Assembly: GCA_963768835.1 (NCBI GenBank)
Contig: CAVYJB010000001.1
Span: forward strand, 281,903 to 345,902
Source: an uncultured bacterium
GTDB lineage: Bacteria; Patescibacteriota; Minisyncoccia; UBA6257; GWB1-50-10
Direction: 5' to 3'
DNA length: 64,000 bases
Part shown: piece by piece, positions 37,220 through 49,337 of the stretch
Layout: each line of letters opens with the position of its first letter
How positions within the stretch are numbered: the stretch's first letter is position 1
The notes under the pieces: model-generated
Told to the model about the DNA's origin: nothing
What the model saw: the letters and a program-made list of their open reading frames with translations, nothing else
The model's database searches: none
Position numbers and translations under genes: made by a program

Positions 37220-40200
37220 TTAGTGCTCGATCCAGTGGCGCAGTTTCACTCCGCCGCCGCCGCTTCCGCTCACGCTCTTCTGCACCGCGCAGATGTCGGT
37301 CCCCATGCCGGGATCGGTCACGGTGAGCGTCACGGGGGTCGAGGCGCCCGTCGGGAAGGTTGTGGTGGCTACCATGGTCGTGCTGCCGAAACTCCAGTTC
37401 CAGTTCCAGCTCGGCACCGGATAGGTACCGTCCACGGTCGTGCGGTCGATGGAGATGGGCGGCGAGGCGTCCATGGTATACGTGTAGGGAGTGGTCGCCG
37501 GAGCCACGGGCGCCGCCACGACCCAGCTGAAGTCGATGAGCGGATAGTAGTGGTTCGCCATCGTGATAGCTTCGGTCGCCGTCGCGTCTGGCGAGTTACC
37601 TGCCGCTGAAGCATCCGTCGCTCGGACCGACACTGAATAGGTCTGGCCGGGGGTGAGCCGGAAAGGACTCGATACATCCCCAGCGATGGAATGGCTGATC
37701 GGATCGTGGAGTGCGTACGTTAAGGGATTGGGAGAGATATCGTCGAATTTCTTACCCCCGTCCGTCGAGAAGAAGTGGACATACGCCGTTGAGGGAACGG
37801 TCAATGCCCCGTCCTGGAAATCCCACGTCACCTCGAGATAGGGGTCCGTGCACCACGGGCTGCTGTCCGCCGTGAAGCCCGTAAGATCGTAGACGAGCTT
37901 CAGGTGGACGTTCGAGACCACGGGCACCCCGACACCGTTCGCGACATTCACCTGGATAGGCGCGGAGGTGCCGCTGTCCCCCGCCGAGTCATAGGCAATC
38001 GCCGTGATGGTATGGGTGCCGCTCCACCCGGCCGTGTTCCAGCTGGTGGCGTAGGGGGCGTGGGTCGATTCCGGGCCTACGAACGCTCCGTCCACCATGA
38101 ACTGCACATAGGTGATGGTACCGGAGTTCGTCGAAGCGGTGGCGGCGATGTCCACGAGACCGTTCACGGTCGCGTTCCATGCCGGGGAGGTGATGGTTAC
38201 TATCACGCCGCTGTTGCCGCCCGCGACGGATACGGTGATGACTCGCGAGGAAGCGACGTCCCCTGCCGAGTCATGCCCCACCGCCCACAGGTAGTGGCTG
38301 GAACCGGGGGCGAGGCTAATGGTGTTCCAGGGAGCGGTGTAGGGAGCAACGGGGTCCGTCCCAACACGCGTGCCATCCGCATAGAATTCCACGCTTGTGA
38401 CGGAACCGGCGTCGGTCGAGGCGGTGGCCGCCAGCGGGACCGAGCCCTGCGCGACGGTCGCGCCATCCGCCGGAGCTGTCATATTTACCGTGAGATGGCC
38501 GGAGCAGCTGGGACATCCCGCGATCGTCACGGTGACGGGCTGAGAGGCTCCATTGCTTCCGCTCGAATCCGTTGCCTGGGCCGTCAGCACATGCTGGGAA
38601 CCGGCAGCGAGGCCCGTCGTGTTCCACGCCACGGCGTAAGGAGCGGTCGTTTTCGTACCGATGCTCGTTCCATCCACCAGGAACGTCACGCCGGTGATAC
38701 TGCCGATATTGGTCGAGGCGATGGCGGCGATGTTCACGACACCCGAGACAGTCGCACCGTTCCCAGGAGCCGTGACCGCGACCGTCACGGTGCTCACCGC
38801 GCCTCCGATGGTCACGCTCACCACCGAAGAATTCTTCGTGTCGCCGGCGGAGTCGTATGCAATCGCCCAGAGCGTGTGCGTGGAGCCCGTGGAGAGACCG
38901 GAGGTGTTCCACACCGCGGTGTAGGGGCTCGTAGCATCGGTGGTAAGGAGCACCCCGTCCCTGTAGAACTCCACCTTCGTGATGGCGCCGGCGTCGGTCG
39001 AGGCGGTGGCCGCGACCGTCACCATGCCCTGCGAAACCACCGCATTGTTCGCGGGAGCCGTGATACTCACCGTGATATGGCCAGTGCAGGTGGGGCAGCC
39101 CGCGATCGTCACGCCGATCGGCGTGGCCGCGGCTGTGTTGCCCGCCGAATCGGTCGCCTGAGCCGTAATGACATGCTGGGAACCGGCGGCGAGGCCCGTC
39201 GTGTTCCACGCCATGGTGTACGCGGGAGTTGTCTTCGTACCGATGCTTACTCCGTCCACGAAGAAGGTGACTCCCGTCACCGAACCGGCGGTGCTCACGG
39301 CGGTGGCCGCGATGTTCACAATGCCGCTCACCTGGGCACCGTCCGCAGGCGCAGTGATATTAACCGTCAGCGTGCCTCCGCCACCCGAGATAGTCACGTT
39401 CACAGGCTGGGAAATTCCTGTGGAACCGGAGGAGTCTATCGCCTGGGCCGTCAGCACATGCTGGGAACCGGCGGTGAGACCGCCCGTATTCCAGGTCGCG
39501 GTGTAAGGTGCGGTTGTTTTTGTACCGATACTTGTACCGTCCGCGAAGAACTGCACGCTCGTGATAGCGCCGTTCAGGGAGGAGGCGGTCGCCGCGATGG
39601 TCACAAGGCCCTGGGGCACGGTGGCGCCGTTGCCAGGAGCCGTGATGGTCACGGTCACGCCGCCGCCGCCATTCTGGATTGTCACCGTTACTTTCGGGGA
39701 AACGCCGGTGTTGCCCGCCGAATCCGTGCCGCGCGCCACAAGGTCATGCGAGGAGCCGGGCGTAAGGCTCAGAGTGTTCCACGCTATCGTGTAAGGAGCG
39801 GTTGTTTTCGTACCGACGATTGCCCCGTCCACGTAGAACTGCACATTCGAGATGGACCCGCTGTTCGTCGATGCGGTCGCCGCAATGGTCACGGTGCCCT
39901 GCGCGACCGTCGCGCCATCGGCGGGTGCGGTGATGGTGACGGTCACGGTGCCGGTGCAGCCAGAACAGTTTTTCACGGTCACCGTGACCGGCGTCGAGAT
40001 ATTCGTGTTGCCCGCCGAGTCCGTCGCCTGGGCCGTCAGGGTGTGCTGGCCGTCATTGATGAGAATCGTGTTCCAGGAAGCGGTATAGGGAGTGGTCGCC
40101 TTGGAGGAGAGGCTCGCACCGTCCACGTAGAACTCGACATTCGTGATCGTACCCGCATCACTCGATGCGGTCGCCGCGATGTTCACGAGACCGCTCACCT

Positions 40201-42942
40201 GCGCACCATTCGCCGGCGCCGTGAGATTGACAGTCACATGGCCACCGGTTCCGCCGCCGATCGTAACGTTGATGGATGCAGAAGCCGTATTGCCCGCCGA
40301 GTCCGTCGCGGTGACCTTAATGGCATGAATGGAGCCCGCGGTAAGGCTGGCGGTGTTCCAGGCTACGGTGTAAGGAGGAGCACTAACCGAGGAGAGGTTT
40401 GCGCCATCCACCTGGAACTGGACGTTCGTGATGGAGCCGCTATCGCTCGATGCGGTGGCCGCGATGTTTACGAGGCCCGAAACGGTCGCGTTGTTTGCGG
40501 GAGCCGTGATGGCGACTTGGACATGGCCCGGGCCACCGCCACCAATGGTCACCTGGACCGGCGGAGAGACCCCGAGATTGTTCTGGGAATCCGTCGCCTT
40601 GGCGGTAATCGTGTGGCTTGAGCCGGAAGTGAGCGCACTCGTGTCCCACGCTATGGTATAGGGAGCGGTCGTTTTCGTGCCGATGAGCGCACCGTCCACG
40701 TAGAACTGGACGTTCGAGATACTCGCGCCGGGCGCGTTCGTCGAGGCGGTGGCCGCAATGTTCACGGTGCCCTTAGGAACGGTGGCGCCATCTGCAGGGG
40801 CGGTGATGGCAACAGTTACGTAGGAGCAGGGTGGAGTGGTGCATCCGCCACCATTTTTCACTATCACCGAAACCGGCGCTGAGAAACCAATATGCCCCGC
40901 CGCATCCCCTGCGCTTGCCATCAAGGTGTGCGGACCATCCGTCGTGAGCGTGGAATTCCAACTGATCGTATAGAGACCGCCGGTCGGTGCGGTGGCGAGC
41001 CCGATGTTCACCGTTCCATCCAACCAGAATTGAACGCCCGTGATGGCGCCCGCGTTCGAGGATGCGGTTGCGGAGACCGGAACGGTGCCTTGGACCGTCG
41101 CACCGCTCGCGGGCGCGGTGATCGCCACCGAGATGGAGCTCGTCGCGCCCGTGTCGTCCGCCTGGACGATACACTTCGCGGCACCGTTGCAGTCACTCAA
41201 GGCAAGCCACCCATTCACTGTCGGCCCACCCCATGCAGCGCCCGTGAAGTTTCCGCTCACGGGATCGAAGGTCACGCCGTACGATTTCCCATTGCCAGCC
41301 GTTCCCCCAGCGATACCCACCCGTCCCAGCCGCCCAGCGTCGCGGGGTCCGCGTACCGCGGGAGGATGAAACGCGCCCAACCGCTCGTCTTCTGGGTCGC
41401 GAAGTTGAAGCGGGCCTCGCACGGGCCGGAGGGGCACCCGACGAGATCGCTTTGGTTGAAGGAGAGCCAGCCGTAGGTGTAGCTTCTCGCGCCAGCCTGC
41501 ACGGAGGCCCATGCGGCGCCCGAGAAGAGGCCGGAGAGGTTCACCTGCACGCTGTACTGGTGCGAGGGAGTGGAGAGCGAATTGAAGTCGACCCAGCCGA
41601 TGCCGGTGGGCGTCCCCGCAAGCTGCGCCAGGCCCGTCCAGGCGTGACCGCGGAGGATGAGTTTTACATTCAGGTCCGCGATGCCGACGCTCGAGTACTC
41701 GGAGTAGGATCCGCTCCCGAACTGCGCCCGCACGCGGTAGGCATAGACGGTTCCGAAGGGCACATTCGAATCCGTTACCTTCAGGAGCGGTTGATTGGCG
41801 CCCGCGAGCACGGGAGAACCGAGCGGCGCGTACGCGCCGCCCAGGGGAGCTCGCTCCAGGACATAGTTTGTGTTCGGAAACGTGTTATTCCAGGAGAGGG
41901 TCACCTGCCCTTGCCCCGGCTTCGGCGCGATGGAAACGTACGTGACCGCGGCCGAGAAATTCTGCGGAGCGTTCCCGACCTGCACGTTCACGATGTTCGA
42001 GTAACTCGAGCAACCCGTGGCTCCGGTGACCGCGACGCAGCCGTGGACGGCATAGTAGTAGGAGGAGCCGGCCTGGAGCGTCGCATCAAGATAGCCTGTC
42101 GTGTTTCCGCCGAGCGTGGCGAGGTGCTGGAGGTTGATGGGCGAGGTGCCGCGGAGAACCTCCATGCTCGACTGACCGACGCCGTTCACCCACGCGAGCT
42201 GGACCTGGCTCGGGACGCCGGGCCCGTTGTAGGTATACTGTCCGACGAGGCCTGTGGGCGCGGTCGGCACCGTCGCGGCGACTGTAGGAGCCGAGGGGGA
42301 CGCTTGGGAAAGATCACAGTTCGGGTCCCCTTGGACCGCGGTTACTTGGTAGCGAACGATACCCGCAGGAGGCGCCGGGTCCGTATAGGAATTCACCGCG
42401 ACGGTTCCGATCTGCGCGGGAAGATTGTCCTGGATGAGCGCGAAGGAGCCGCCTGAAGCGCCGGGCGCACGATAAATGCGATAAAAGGCGTTCGCCGGAT
42501 CCGAGAAGGTCGGTGGAGTCCAGGCGAGGAGCGGAAGACCGCCGTGTCCGTCCGCTGTGAACGCGGTCGGAACGGTCGGCGTCGGAATATCCGCCGTCGT
42601 GACGGAGGGCGGCGTCGAGAGCACCCAGGCCGTCAGAGGGTTCCCGCTTCCGTCCTGCCCTTGGATGCGGTACTGGTACGGGGTGTTCTTATTGAGTCCC
42701 GTGTGGGAAAAACTCGTGCCAGCCGTCACCGTGGCGAGCGTCCCCGCCGGGAAAAAGGAAGTGGTGGTATACTCCACACGATAGGTGGTAACCTGCGTGC
42801 CCGGAGTCCACGAGAGATCGATGCGGCAAGCGGTTACTGCCTTCGCTGTGAAGTTCGAAGGGGGTGTTTGGGCGTGGGCAATCGCGCCGACGAATGCGAG
42901 CGCAACCGAAAGCGCGAGTATCCCACCGAGCCTCCGTGTCAT
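37220..42942 (-). CDS. Giant surface protein (~1900 aa): signal peptide, FN3 repeats, Gly/Trp-rich domain, 11 bacterial Ig-like repeats; apparent 1-nt deletion at 41304-41308 splits it into two ORFs
   Basis: ORF 41272-42951 runs to ...WDGWVSLG and ORF 37220-41512 continues GTAGNGKSYGV... if the G5 run is read as G6. There are 11 copies of the V.IT(A/S)P..GA.V.G.V.IAATAS unit. Confidence 0.82.
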
Positions 42943-43042
42943 TAGTTCCAATTATAGCATACCGCCGTTACACTTCTCGGCCCACCAAGAGGAGGGGCGA
43001 TGCTCTATCTGTATATTGTAGATACGCATGTCGCGAAGAATG

Positions 43043-43072
43043 ACAAAAGGGAGCCCTCAGGTTCCCTTTTGT
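43043..43072. terminator. Terminator hairpin
   Basis: ACAAAAGGGAGCC-CTCA-GGTTCCCTTTTGT. Confidence 0.75.
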
Positions 43073-43121
43073 ATCGACTCTCCTATCTTAGCCCGCCCTG
43101 TCCTTATCTAATTGGAATTTA

Positions 43122-45779
43122 TTACCACGTCACAATAACACCGCCACCAGTACCATAAGTACCGTAGTTGGCCGAACCATCGCAGGTATTAACGCCATTA
43201 CCGCCCTTCCCAAAGTTGAAACCATTCAGAAAACTGTTGCCGCCGAGACCACCACCATTAGTCACGCCAATAGCGCCATTCGTCCCGTTCATGTGAAACG
43301 CACCGCCACTTGCTGTCCCTCCCGTTCCACCACCCATAGCCCCGTTGAAGCCATTCCCTCCACCGCCGGCGGTGAGACTACCGAATGTGCTGTTCTGGCC
43401 AGACTGTATCGGCGCATAGTAGACTGTGCCACCGCCACCAACGGTCCCAGAGAAACTCTGCCCGGGGGTAACATTAATGAAATCAGTCACATAAGCACCG
43501 CCGCCACCGCCACCGCCACCAACAGGAGCTGGGGTATCGCCGCCGCACGCCGTGAGATCCGCTAACCCGCTGGCGCCGCCGCCGCCCCACACTTCAGCCT
43601 TTATGGAATAGACATTGGCGGGCACCGTGAAGGTAAAGCTCCCTGGAGTGTTGAACACCTGCATGCCGTGGGGAATGCCGCTTACACCTGCCTTCGCCGT
43701 TACAAGCCCGCCTACCGTCAAACTATTTTCGATATTCGTCGTTCCGTCCTGAGCAAGAGTAAACCGCACGTCACCGCTGCCGTTCGTGAACTCGAGAGTG
43801 CCGGCAACCGTATTAATGGAGTACTGGCCGCTGCCGGCGACACAGATAATTTTCCGATAATAGAATTGGGGATCATTCAGAATGTGGCCCACGTCAGTCC
43901 ATTCTACATTGACTGGGTCGCCGGCTTTACAAATATAGTAGGCGGTGTTATCGGCCGATGGGGTGGTATCTCCGGGGCAGCCAGCCGGGCTACCACTACT
44001 GCCGCAAGCCACAGCGGTCTGTGTGACCTGGGTGGAGAGAGACGCGCCTGGAGACTCGAGAATCAGCTGAGGGCCAGGACCCGGGGTCACATTGTTTCCA
44101 GGCTGCCGCATCAGGTCGATATTGCCGTTCAGGATGGATAAAGCGTGGGGCGGGGCCTCCGTCCCGATGCCGACATTCCCACCCTTCAGAACAAGCACAT
44201 CGTCCTGTCCACCATTCTTAACCACGAGCGCGCCATCCGTGCCCATCTTAAAGAGGGTGGGATTCGCGGCACCGCTACGCTCGAGCGCGAGGACCGGATC
44301 CGTGGCGCTCATGACCGCGAAGTGCGCGGTCGGGGCGGGGTTCGTGTCTCCGATGCCGACGTTTCCCTGATTGTCGATAGTCACAAGATCTGTGGCGCCC
44401 GGCGTTGCACCCTGGGAGATGCGTAGGGTGTTGTCCCCGCGGTTATCAATATGGAACCACGAGCCAGAAGTGGAAGGATAGAATGAGAGCTTTCCCGCTG
44501 CCGTCCCCGCCACTCCCAACCCCACAACGCCGCTATTCGTGTTATTAATGTCGTTCCCATTCGCTGCCCAGTAGCTTGTTCCGGAACCACCGCCCGGCCA
44601 CACGCTGATACAGTTGGGGAGAGGCGATCCGGGAAGACAGAACTGCTTTGCAAAAAGGCTTCCGTTCACATCCATCGTGTGGAAGGGCGGCCCGCCAAAC
44701 CCTCCGACCTTCAGAGTTCCCATCAAGATTCCATTCACCCCCACAAAGTTCTGGGCGCTCACGGCCGCTCCGCTCACGGAACCCGCCGCGGTGATATTGC
44801 CCTGCGCGGTGATATCACCATTCGAGAGCGTGGCCTGCTGCAGCTGGAAATGGGTGTATCCCAGGTGCCAGGCGAGAGTCGCGTCAGATTGGGGTATGCC
44901 GCTGGTAAAGAGTTCATAAACGTCCGTGGGCGAGCTTGGACCGGTTGCCTGATACGTGCTAGCCGGACATTCCTGGGTGTTGAGCGTCGCGTCGTTACAC
45001 TCGCTGTTGGCGCTCGAGATCCGTAACGAAGCGATGTTCGCGGGCGGAGGCGTGGTCGTGCTCCAGTCAGCCGACCCCCACAACGAAGCGGACGAAGGGG
45101 TTTGGTATGACGCGGAGGTATCTTGCGAGTAGAACGGGCCTCCGACTAATTTGTACTGATATCCGCCGACCGCAACCTGGTTCGCGGCGATGTCGCCGTA
45201 CACGGCGAGCGGGGCAGATTTCAGAATAGACGGACCTCCCACCGTCACCGCGGGGTTCGTTGCGGACGCATATTGAATGCCGCCGGATATTAACTGCCAG
45301 TATCCCGCGCCACCGCCGCCACCGCCTCCAGCACCGATCGGTACCCACGCCGTCCCGTTGTAGAGCTTAATACTGTTTGATACGACATCGTAGTAAATCG
45401 CACCCGCTCTCGTCGGCGTGGGAACCCCTCCCGGCGCAGGTATCTCGAGATCTCCGCGTGCGTTCTGGATAACCGTGTTACCGTTTTGATCCTCGGGGAA
45501 AAACTGGACCGCCGCGCCCACTCCGATAAATTGTCCCGGCTGGAAGTAGAGGACACCGGGACCCGCCGCCGCGCCGAACGTGATGTTGCCGCCCGTCTTC
45601 GTCTGCGCCGCCGCGCTCGTATCAAGCGGCGGGAAAACATTCCCGTTCGGGAAGTCCTGCGTGGGAGCCGTCCAGTTCGTCTGGGCGTTCACCAATGGAA
45701 GTCCCGCGAAAGAGAACGAAACCGCGACGACCGTTGAGAGTGCGACCGAAACGAACGAACGCACGATGGGACGGTTCAT
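43122..45779 (-). CDS. Secreted tail-fibre-like/adhesin-like protein with GNVGIG repeats and a Gly-rich C-terminal domain
   Basis: Start reassigned to ATG 45779; signal peptide; WTAPT..FPNGNVFPPLDTS...QTK; GNVGIG x2; VFNTPGSFTFTVP...EVWGGGG. Confidence 0.75.
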   Translation of the reverse strand: MNRPIVRSFVSVALSTVVAVSFSFAGLPLVNAQTNWTAPTQDFPNGNVFPPLDTSAAAQTKTGGNITFGAAAGPGVLYFQPGQFIGVGAAVQFFPEDQNGNTVIQNARGDLEIPAPGGVPTPTRAGAIYYDVVSNSIKLYNGTAWVPIGAGGGGGGGAGYWQLISGGIQYASATNPAVTVGGPSILKSAPLAVYGDIAANQVAVGGYQYKLVGGPFYSQDTSASYQTPSSASLWGSADWSTTTPPPANIASLRISSANSECNDATLNTQECPASTYQATGPSSPTDVYELFTSGIPQSDATLAWHLGYTHFQLQQATLSNGDITAQGNITAAGSVSGAAVSAQNFVGVNGILMGTLKVGGFGGPPFHTMDVNGSLFAKQFCLPGSPLPNCISVWPGGGSGTSYWAANGNDINNTNSGVVGLGVAGTAAGKLSFYPSTSGSWFHIDNRGDNTLRISQGATPGATDLVTIDNQGNVGIGDTNPAPTAHFAVMSATDPVLALERSGAANPTLFKMGTDGALVVKNGGQDDVLVLKGGNVGIGTEAPPHALSILNGNIDLMRQPGNNVTPGPGPQLILESPGASLSTQVTQTAVACGSSGSPAGCPGDTTPSADNTAYYICKAGDPVNVEWTDVGHILNDPQFYYRKIICVAGSGQYSINTVAGTLEFTNGSGDVRFTLAQDGTTNIENSLTVGGLVTAKAGVSGIPHGMQVFNTPGSFTFTVPANVYSIKAEVWGGGGASGLADLTACGGDTPAPVGGGGGGGGAYVTDFINVTPGQSFSGTVGGGGTVYYAPIQSGQNSTFGSLTAGGGGNGFNGAMGGGTGGTASGGAFHMNGTNGAIGVTNGGGLGGNSFLNGFNFGKGGNGVNTCDGSANYGTYGTGGGVIVTW

Positions 45780-45899
45780 ATTGATTCCATTATAACATAC
45801 GGTGCACTGTGGAAAGGTGTTGGTTGTGCACCTCTCTATAGAATGCCCTGTGCACAGTTCCGCGCTGGCTTCCCCGGAGGGGCGCGGTAGAATGAAGAC

Positions 45900-46376
45900 A
45901 TGGAACAGCAGAAATCGCGGCGGTTGGTCGTGATTGGCGTCGTCATCCTTGTGATCGGCGTCGCTTTTGGCATCTGGTACGGCGCGCAGAAACTTATCCC
46001 GCACATGACGCCTACGCCCGCTGCGCGACCTTCCGAGAACTTCCCGAAGCCCCCCGCGGAGCTCCATACCCTTACAGGAACTATCCTGCAAGTCGTCGGA
46101 GCCTCGATCTATTTCAACGTCGACGACCCCACGGACTACCTGCCGCACGCCGACGGCACGCCCCCCCGCCAGCAGACGCGCGTCGCAAACCTGACGAAAG
46201 CCACCACCATCACCCTCGTCGATCCCACGAAACTCGCTGCATCGGGCACGCCGACGGTCACCACCCTGACGCTTAAGGACCTGAAGCCGAAGATGGGCAT
46301 CACGGTCACAAGCGATCAGAACATCCTCTCCGCGCCGCAATTTGACGTAACCGCCATCAAGTTGATAAAATCGTAG
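45900..46376 (+). CDS. Hypothetical membrane-anchored protein
   Basis: N-terminal TM followed by a beta-rich domain; co-oriented with and adjacent to clpP. Confidence 0.7.
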   Translation: MEQQKSRRLVVIGVVILVIGVAFGIWYGAQKLIPHMTPTPAARPSENFPKPPAELHTLTGTILQVVGASIYFNVDDPTDYLPHADGTPPRQQTRVANLTKATTITLVDPTKLAASGTPTVTTLTLKDLKPKMGITVTSDQNILSAPQFDVTAIKLIKS

Positions 46377-46380
46377 GGCC

Positions 46381-46968
46381 ATGAACCTTATCCCTACGGT
46401 CATCGAGAAGTCCGCCTACGGCGAGCGGGCCTATGATATCTACTCGCGTCTTCTTCGGGACCGCATCGTTTTCCTCGGCGGCCCTATCGTGGACCAGGTC
46501 GCGAACAGTGTCATCGCGCAACTCCTTTTTCTTGACCACGAGGACCCCAAGAAGGACATCAAGCTGTACCTGAACACGCCCGGCGGCTCCGTGACGGCGG
46601 GTCTCGCCATCTATGACGCGATGCAGTTCGTGAAATCCCCCGTCTCGACCATCTGCGTCGGCATGGCGGCCTCGATGGGCGCGGTACTCCTCGCCTCCGG
46701 CGCGAAGGGAAAGCGCTTTGCGCTCCCGAACTCCGAGATCCTCCTTCACCAGGTGATGGGCGGCGCGGAGGGGCAGGCCATCGAGATCGAGATCACGGCC
46801 CGCCACATCGTGAAGATCAAGGACAAGCTGAACCAGATCCTCGTGAAGCACACGGGGCAGAAGCTCGAGAAGATCGAGCGCGACACGGACCGCGATTTCT
46901 ATCTGACGCCCGCCGAAGCGAAGGATTACGGCCTCCTCGACGAGATCATCCGAACCAAGAAATCCTAA
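46381..46968 (+). CDS. clpP: ATP-dependent Clp protease proteolytic subunit
   Basis: [32 protein letters not shown] and DTDRDFYL. Confidence 0.97.
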   Translation: MNLIPTVIEKSAYGERAYDIYSRLLRDRIVFLGGPIVDQVANSVIAQLLFLDHEDPKKDIKLYLNTPGGSVTAGLAIYDAMQFVKSPVSTICVGMAASMGAVLLASGAKGKRFALPNSEILLHQVMGGAEGQAIEIEITARHIVKIKDKLNQILVKHTGQKLEKIERDTDRDFYLTPAEAKDYGLLDEIIRTKKS

Positions 46969-47052
46969 TTTCCTTCAAGCGCGATGATCCCGTCGGTTCG
47001 GACACCGGCGGGATTTTTATTTTGGGAACCCGTGAGGTAGAATGGAGGCGCA

Positions 47053-48228
47053 ATGCCCGCAAGGAAAGAACCCCAGGAATCCATGATGCAAAAGGCGCTC
47101 ACGCGCGGCGTGGAGGACATCCACGTGCGCACGCACCTCGAGGCGGCCTTGCGCTCCGGCCGGAAACTCCGCGTCAAGCTGGGTATCGACCCGACCTCTC
47201 CCGACCTCCATCTCGGGCACACGGTGGTCCTCCGGAAGCTCCGGCAGTTCCAGGACCTAGGCCACAAAGCCGTGCTCATCATCGGAGACTTCACCGCGCA
47301 GATCGGCGACCCGTCGGGACGCTCCGAGACCCGCAAACCGCTCGAGGAGGCGGAGGTGAAACAGAACCTCAAGACCTATCTCGCGCAGGCAGGGAAAGTG
47401 ATCGACCTTAAGCATGTCGAGACGCGGTTCAACAGCGAGTGGCACCAGGCCAAGGGCCTCTCGGCGCTCCTCACGCTCGCGGGCACCGCGACGGTGCAGC
47501 AGATCCTGAAGCGGGACGATTTCGAGAAGCGCTTCGAAGAGGATTCCGACATCTCCATCCTCGAAACGCTCTACCCGCTCCTCCAGGGATACGACTCGGT
47601 GGCGGTGAAGGCCGACGTCGAGCTCGGCGGCACCGACCAGACCTTCAATCTTCTGATGGGCCGGCAGGTGCAGCGACGCTTCGGGATGCCGGAACAGGAC
47701 GTGGTGACCGTGCCCCTTATCGAGGGCACGGACGGCGTGAAAAAGATGAGTAAGAGCTACAAGAACTACATCGCGCTCACGGAGACCCCCGGCGAGATGT
47801 TCGGGAAGCTCATGCGCGTGCCCGACGCGCTTCTCCCGAAATACTTCGAGACGCTCACGGACTTCGAGCCCCCGCACAGCGCGGGGCCGCGGGAGCAGAA
47901 GCTTTTCCTCGCGGAGGCCGTCGTCGGCATGTACCACACGCCCGCGGCGGCGCGCGCGGCGCGCGAGGATTTCATCCGCGTCTTCTCGCGGGGCGAAGCC
48001 CCCGCGCGCGTTCCGGAGCTCCGCGTCGCCAAACCGTCCGTGAATATCCTGGAACTTCTTCTTGAGGCCGGCATTCCGTCCCGCAGCGAGGCGCGCCGTC
48101 TCGTGGAACAGGGCGGCATCGAGATCGACGACGTCCTGAAACGCGACCCGTTGGAGGTCGTCGCGCTCCGGGGCGGCGAAGTGCTCAAGATCGGCAAGCA
48201 TCGCTTCTTCAAACTTCTCGTGAAATAA
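47053..48228 (+). CDS. tyrS: Tyrosine--tRNA ligase
   Basis: GIDPTSPDLHLGH, YPLLQGYDS, GGTDQ.FN, KMSKS and C-terminal S4 domain. Confidence 0.97.
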   Translation: MPARKEPQESMMQKALTRGVEDIHVRTHLEAALRSGRKLRVKLGIDPTSPDLHLGHTVVLRKLRQFQDLGHKAVLIIGDFTAQIGDPSGRSETRKPLEEAEVKQNLKTYLAQAGKVIDLKHVETRFNSEWHQAKGLSALLTLAGTATVQQILKRDDFEKRFEEDSDISILETLYPLLQGYDSVAVKADVELGGTDQTFNLLMGRQVQRRFGMPEQDVVTVPLIEGTDGVKKMSKSYKNYIALTETPGEMFGKLMRVPDALLPKYFETLTDFEPPHSAGPREQKLFLAEAVVGMYHTPAAARAAREDFIRVFSRGEAPARVPELRVAKPSVNILELLLEAGIPSRSEARRLVEQGGIEIDDVLKRDPLEVVALRGGEVLKIGKHRFFKLLVK

Positions 48229-48347
48229 AAATCCCATCCACCACGGCATGGGATTTTTTGGCGCACGACACTTGCACCCTACGCTTCACTGGCTTAGGAT
48301 GACGGGCAGTAGTTTGTTGATCCATAACAATATATAAGGAGGGGCTT

Positions 48348-49211
48348 ATGCGGAAACTCCTGCCGTTCGCCCTGGTGCTCGGCGTTCTCCGTGGGGAGGC
48401 GCAAATGCTCGAGGCCCGAGCGGAAGGGCCCGACTCTGTACGGGCGTTCCCGCTCGCGGTGGTTGCGGCCCATATCCCAGTCGTCTGCATATGGATTGAC
48501 GGCATGTACCGGTGGAAATATTCAGATAACGCCTATGGCGCTCCCCACGATTTTCAGTGGACCCGGTGGATGGGGGATAATTACTCCGGTGGATTCGACA
48601 TCGCCGGCAATGCGATGTACTCCGCCGTCATCACGCGTTCGGAGTATTACCTCTTCCGGTGGAGCGGTTTCGATCCGATCCCCGCTTCCGTCTTGGGTGG
48701 GCTCACCGCGGGCTTTTACCAGGCATACGCGAAGCATCATGAGGGGTACTACACGGGCGCGAAAGCTCGAGAGTTCGTCGGTGCCTGGACAGCCATCCTT
48801 CTCACGATGGGCCAGACCATCGAACCCGAGGTCATAGGTACGCAGACACTCGCGCGTGCCCAGCTTCAATTCTCCTATCGGGCATACCCGGGATATATTG
48901 AACGGCCCCCGCATATCACGCCGCTCGATATCTACGCGTACCAGAAATTTTTCTTTATGGTACGAGTGGGTGACCTCGTATTCGGAAAAGGGGCGCTGGG
49001 AGGCATCAACATCGGAGTGGGCGGCGGCTATATGCCCGCCGACAAGCCCGGAGGACCGGGCGACATCCGCCGATATCTATTTGTAGTCGGATACGATCTC
49101 CGGTGGATCATCCCTGGCCCTTTGGGAGATATCCTGAACTTCTACCACCTTCCCTTGTCATTCGGGGTCTGGACCGACAGGCGAGGGCTCCACGCAGGAC
49201 TCGCTTTCTGA
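48348..49211 (+). CDS. Hypothetical exported, aromatic-rich protein
   Basis: AAGGAGG RBS, signal-like N-terminus and downstream hairpin terminator (49234-49266). Confidence 0.65.
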   Translation: MRKLLPFALVLGVLRGEAQMLEARAEGPDSVRAFPLAVVAAHIPVVCIWIDGMYRWKYSDNAYGAPHDFQWTRWMGDNYSGGFDIAGNAMYSAVITRSEYYLFRWSGFDPIPASVLGGLTAGFYQAYAKHHEGYYTGAKAREFVGAWTAILLTMGQTIEPEVIGTQTLARAQLQFSYRAYPGYIERPPHITPLDIYAYQKFFFMVRVGDLVFGKGALGGINIGVGGGYMPADKPGGPGDIRRYLFVVGYDLRWIIPGPLGDILNFYHLPLSFGVWTDRRGLHAGLAF

Positions 49212-49337
49212 TTCCTTTCCTTAATCAAAACAAATCAGGACACGCTTTATGTGTCCTGAATTTTTATATGCCACCCAGAAAACCACGGGCGCAGGGCCGG
49301 CGTCTGTCAGTTCCGCGGGGAACCCACGGCACTCTCG

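Noticed and set aside
37904-40621. 905-aa + strand ORF, and other long ORFs at 16346-18274, 18425-19927, 23780-25579, 30863-32011, 55675-57543 and 60841-62376
   Set aside because: These are antisense shadows of well-supported GC-rich genes, with Arg/Gly/His-rich composition and no motifs.
45780-46403. N-terminal 208 aa of the 1093-aa ORF
   Set aside because: It is antisense to the 45900-46376 gene; the signal peptide begins at ATG 45779.
49280-49335. Possible att duplicate of the tRNA-Gly 3' end bounding the 49338-49787 gene
   Set aside because: The similarity (GGGC..GCAGGG) is too weak to support.
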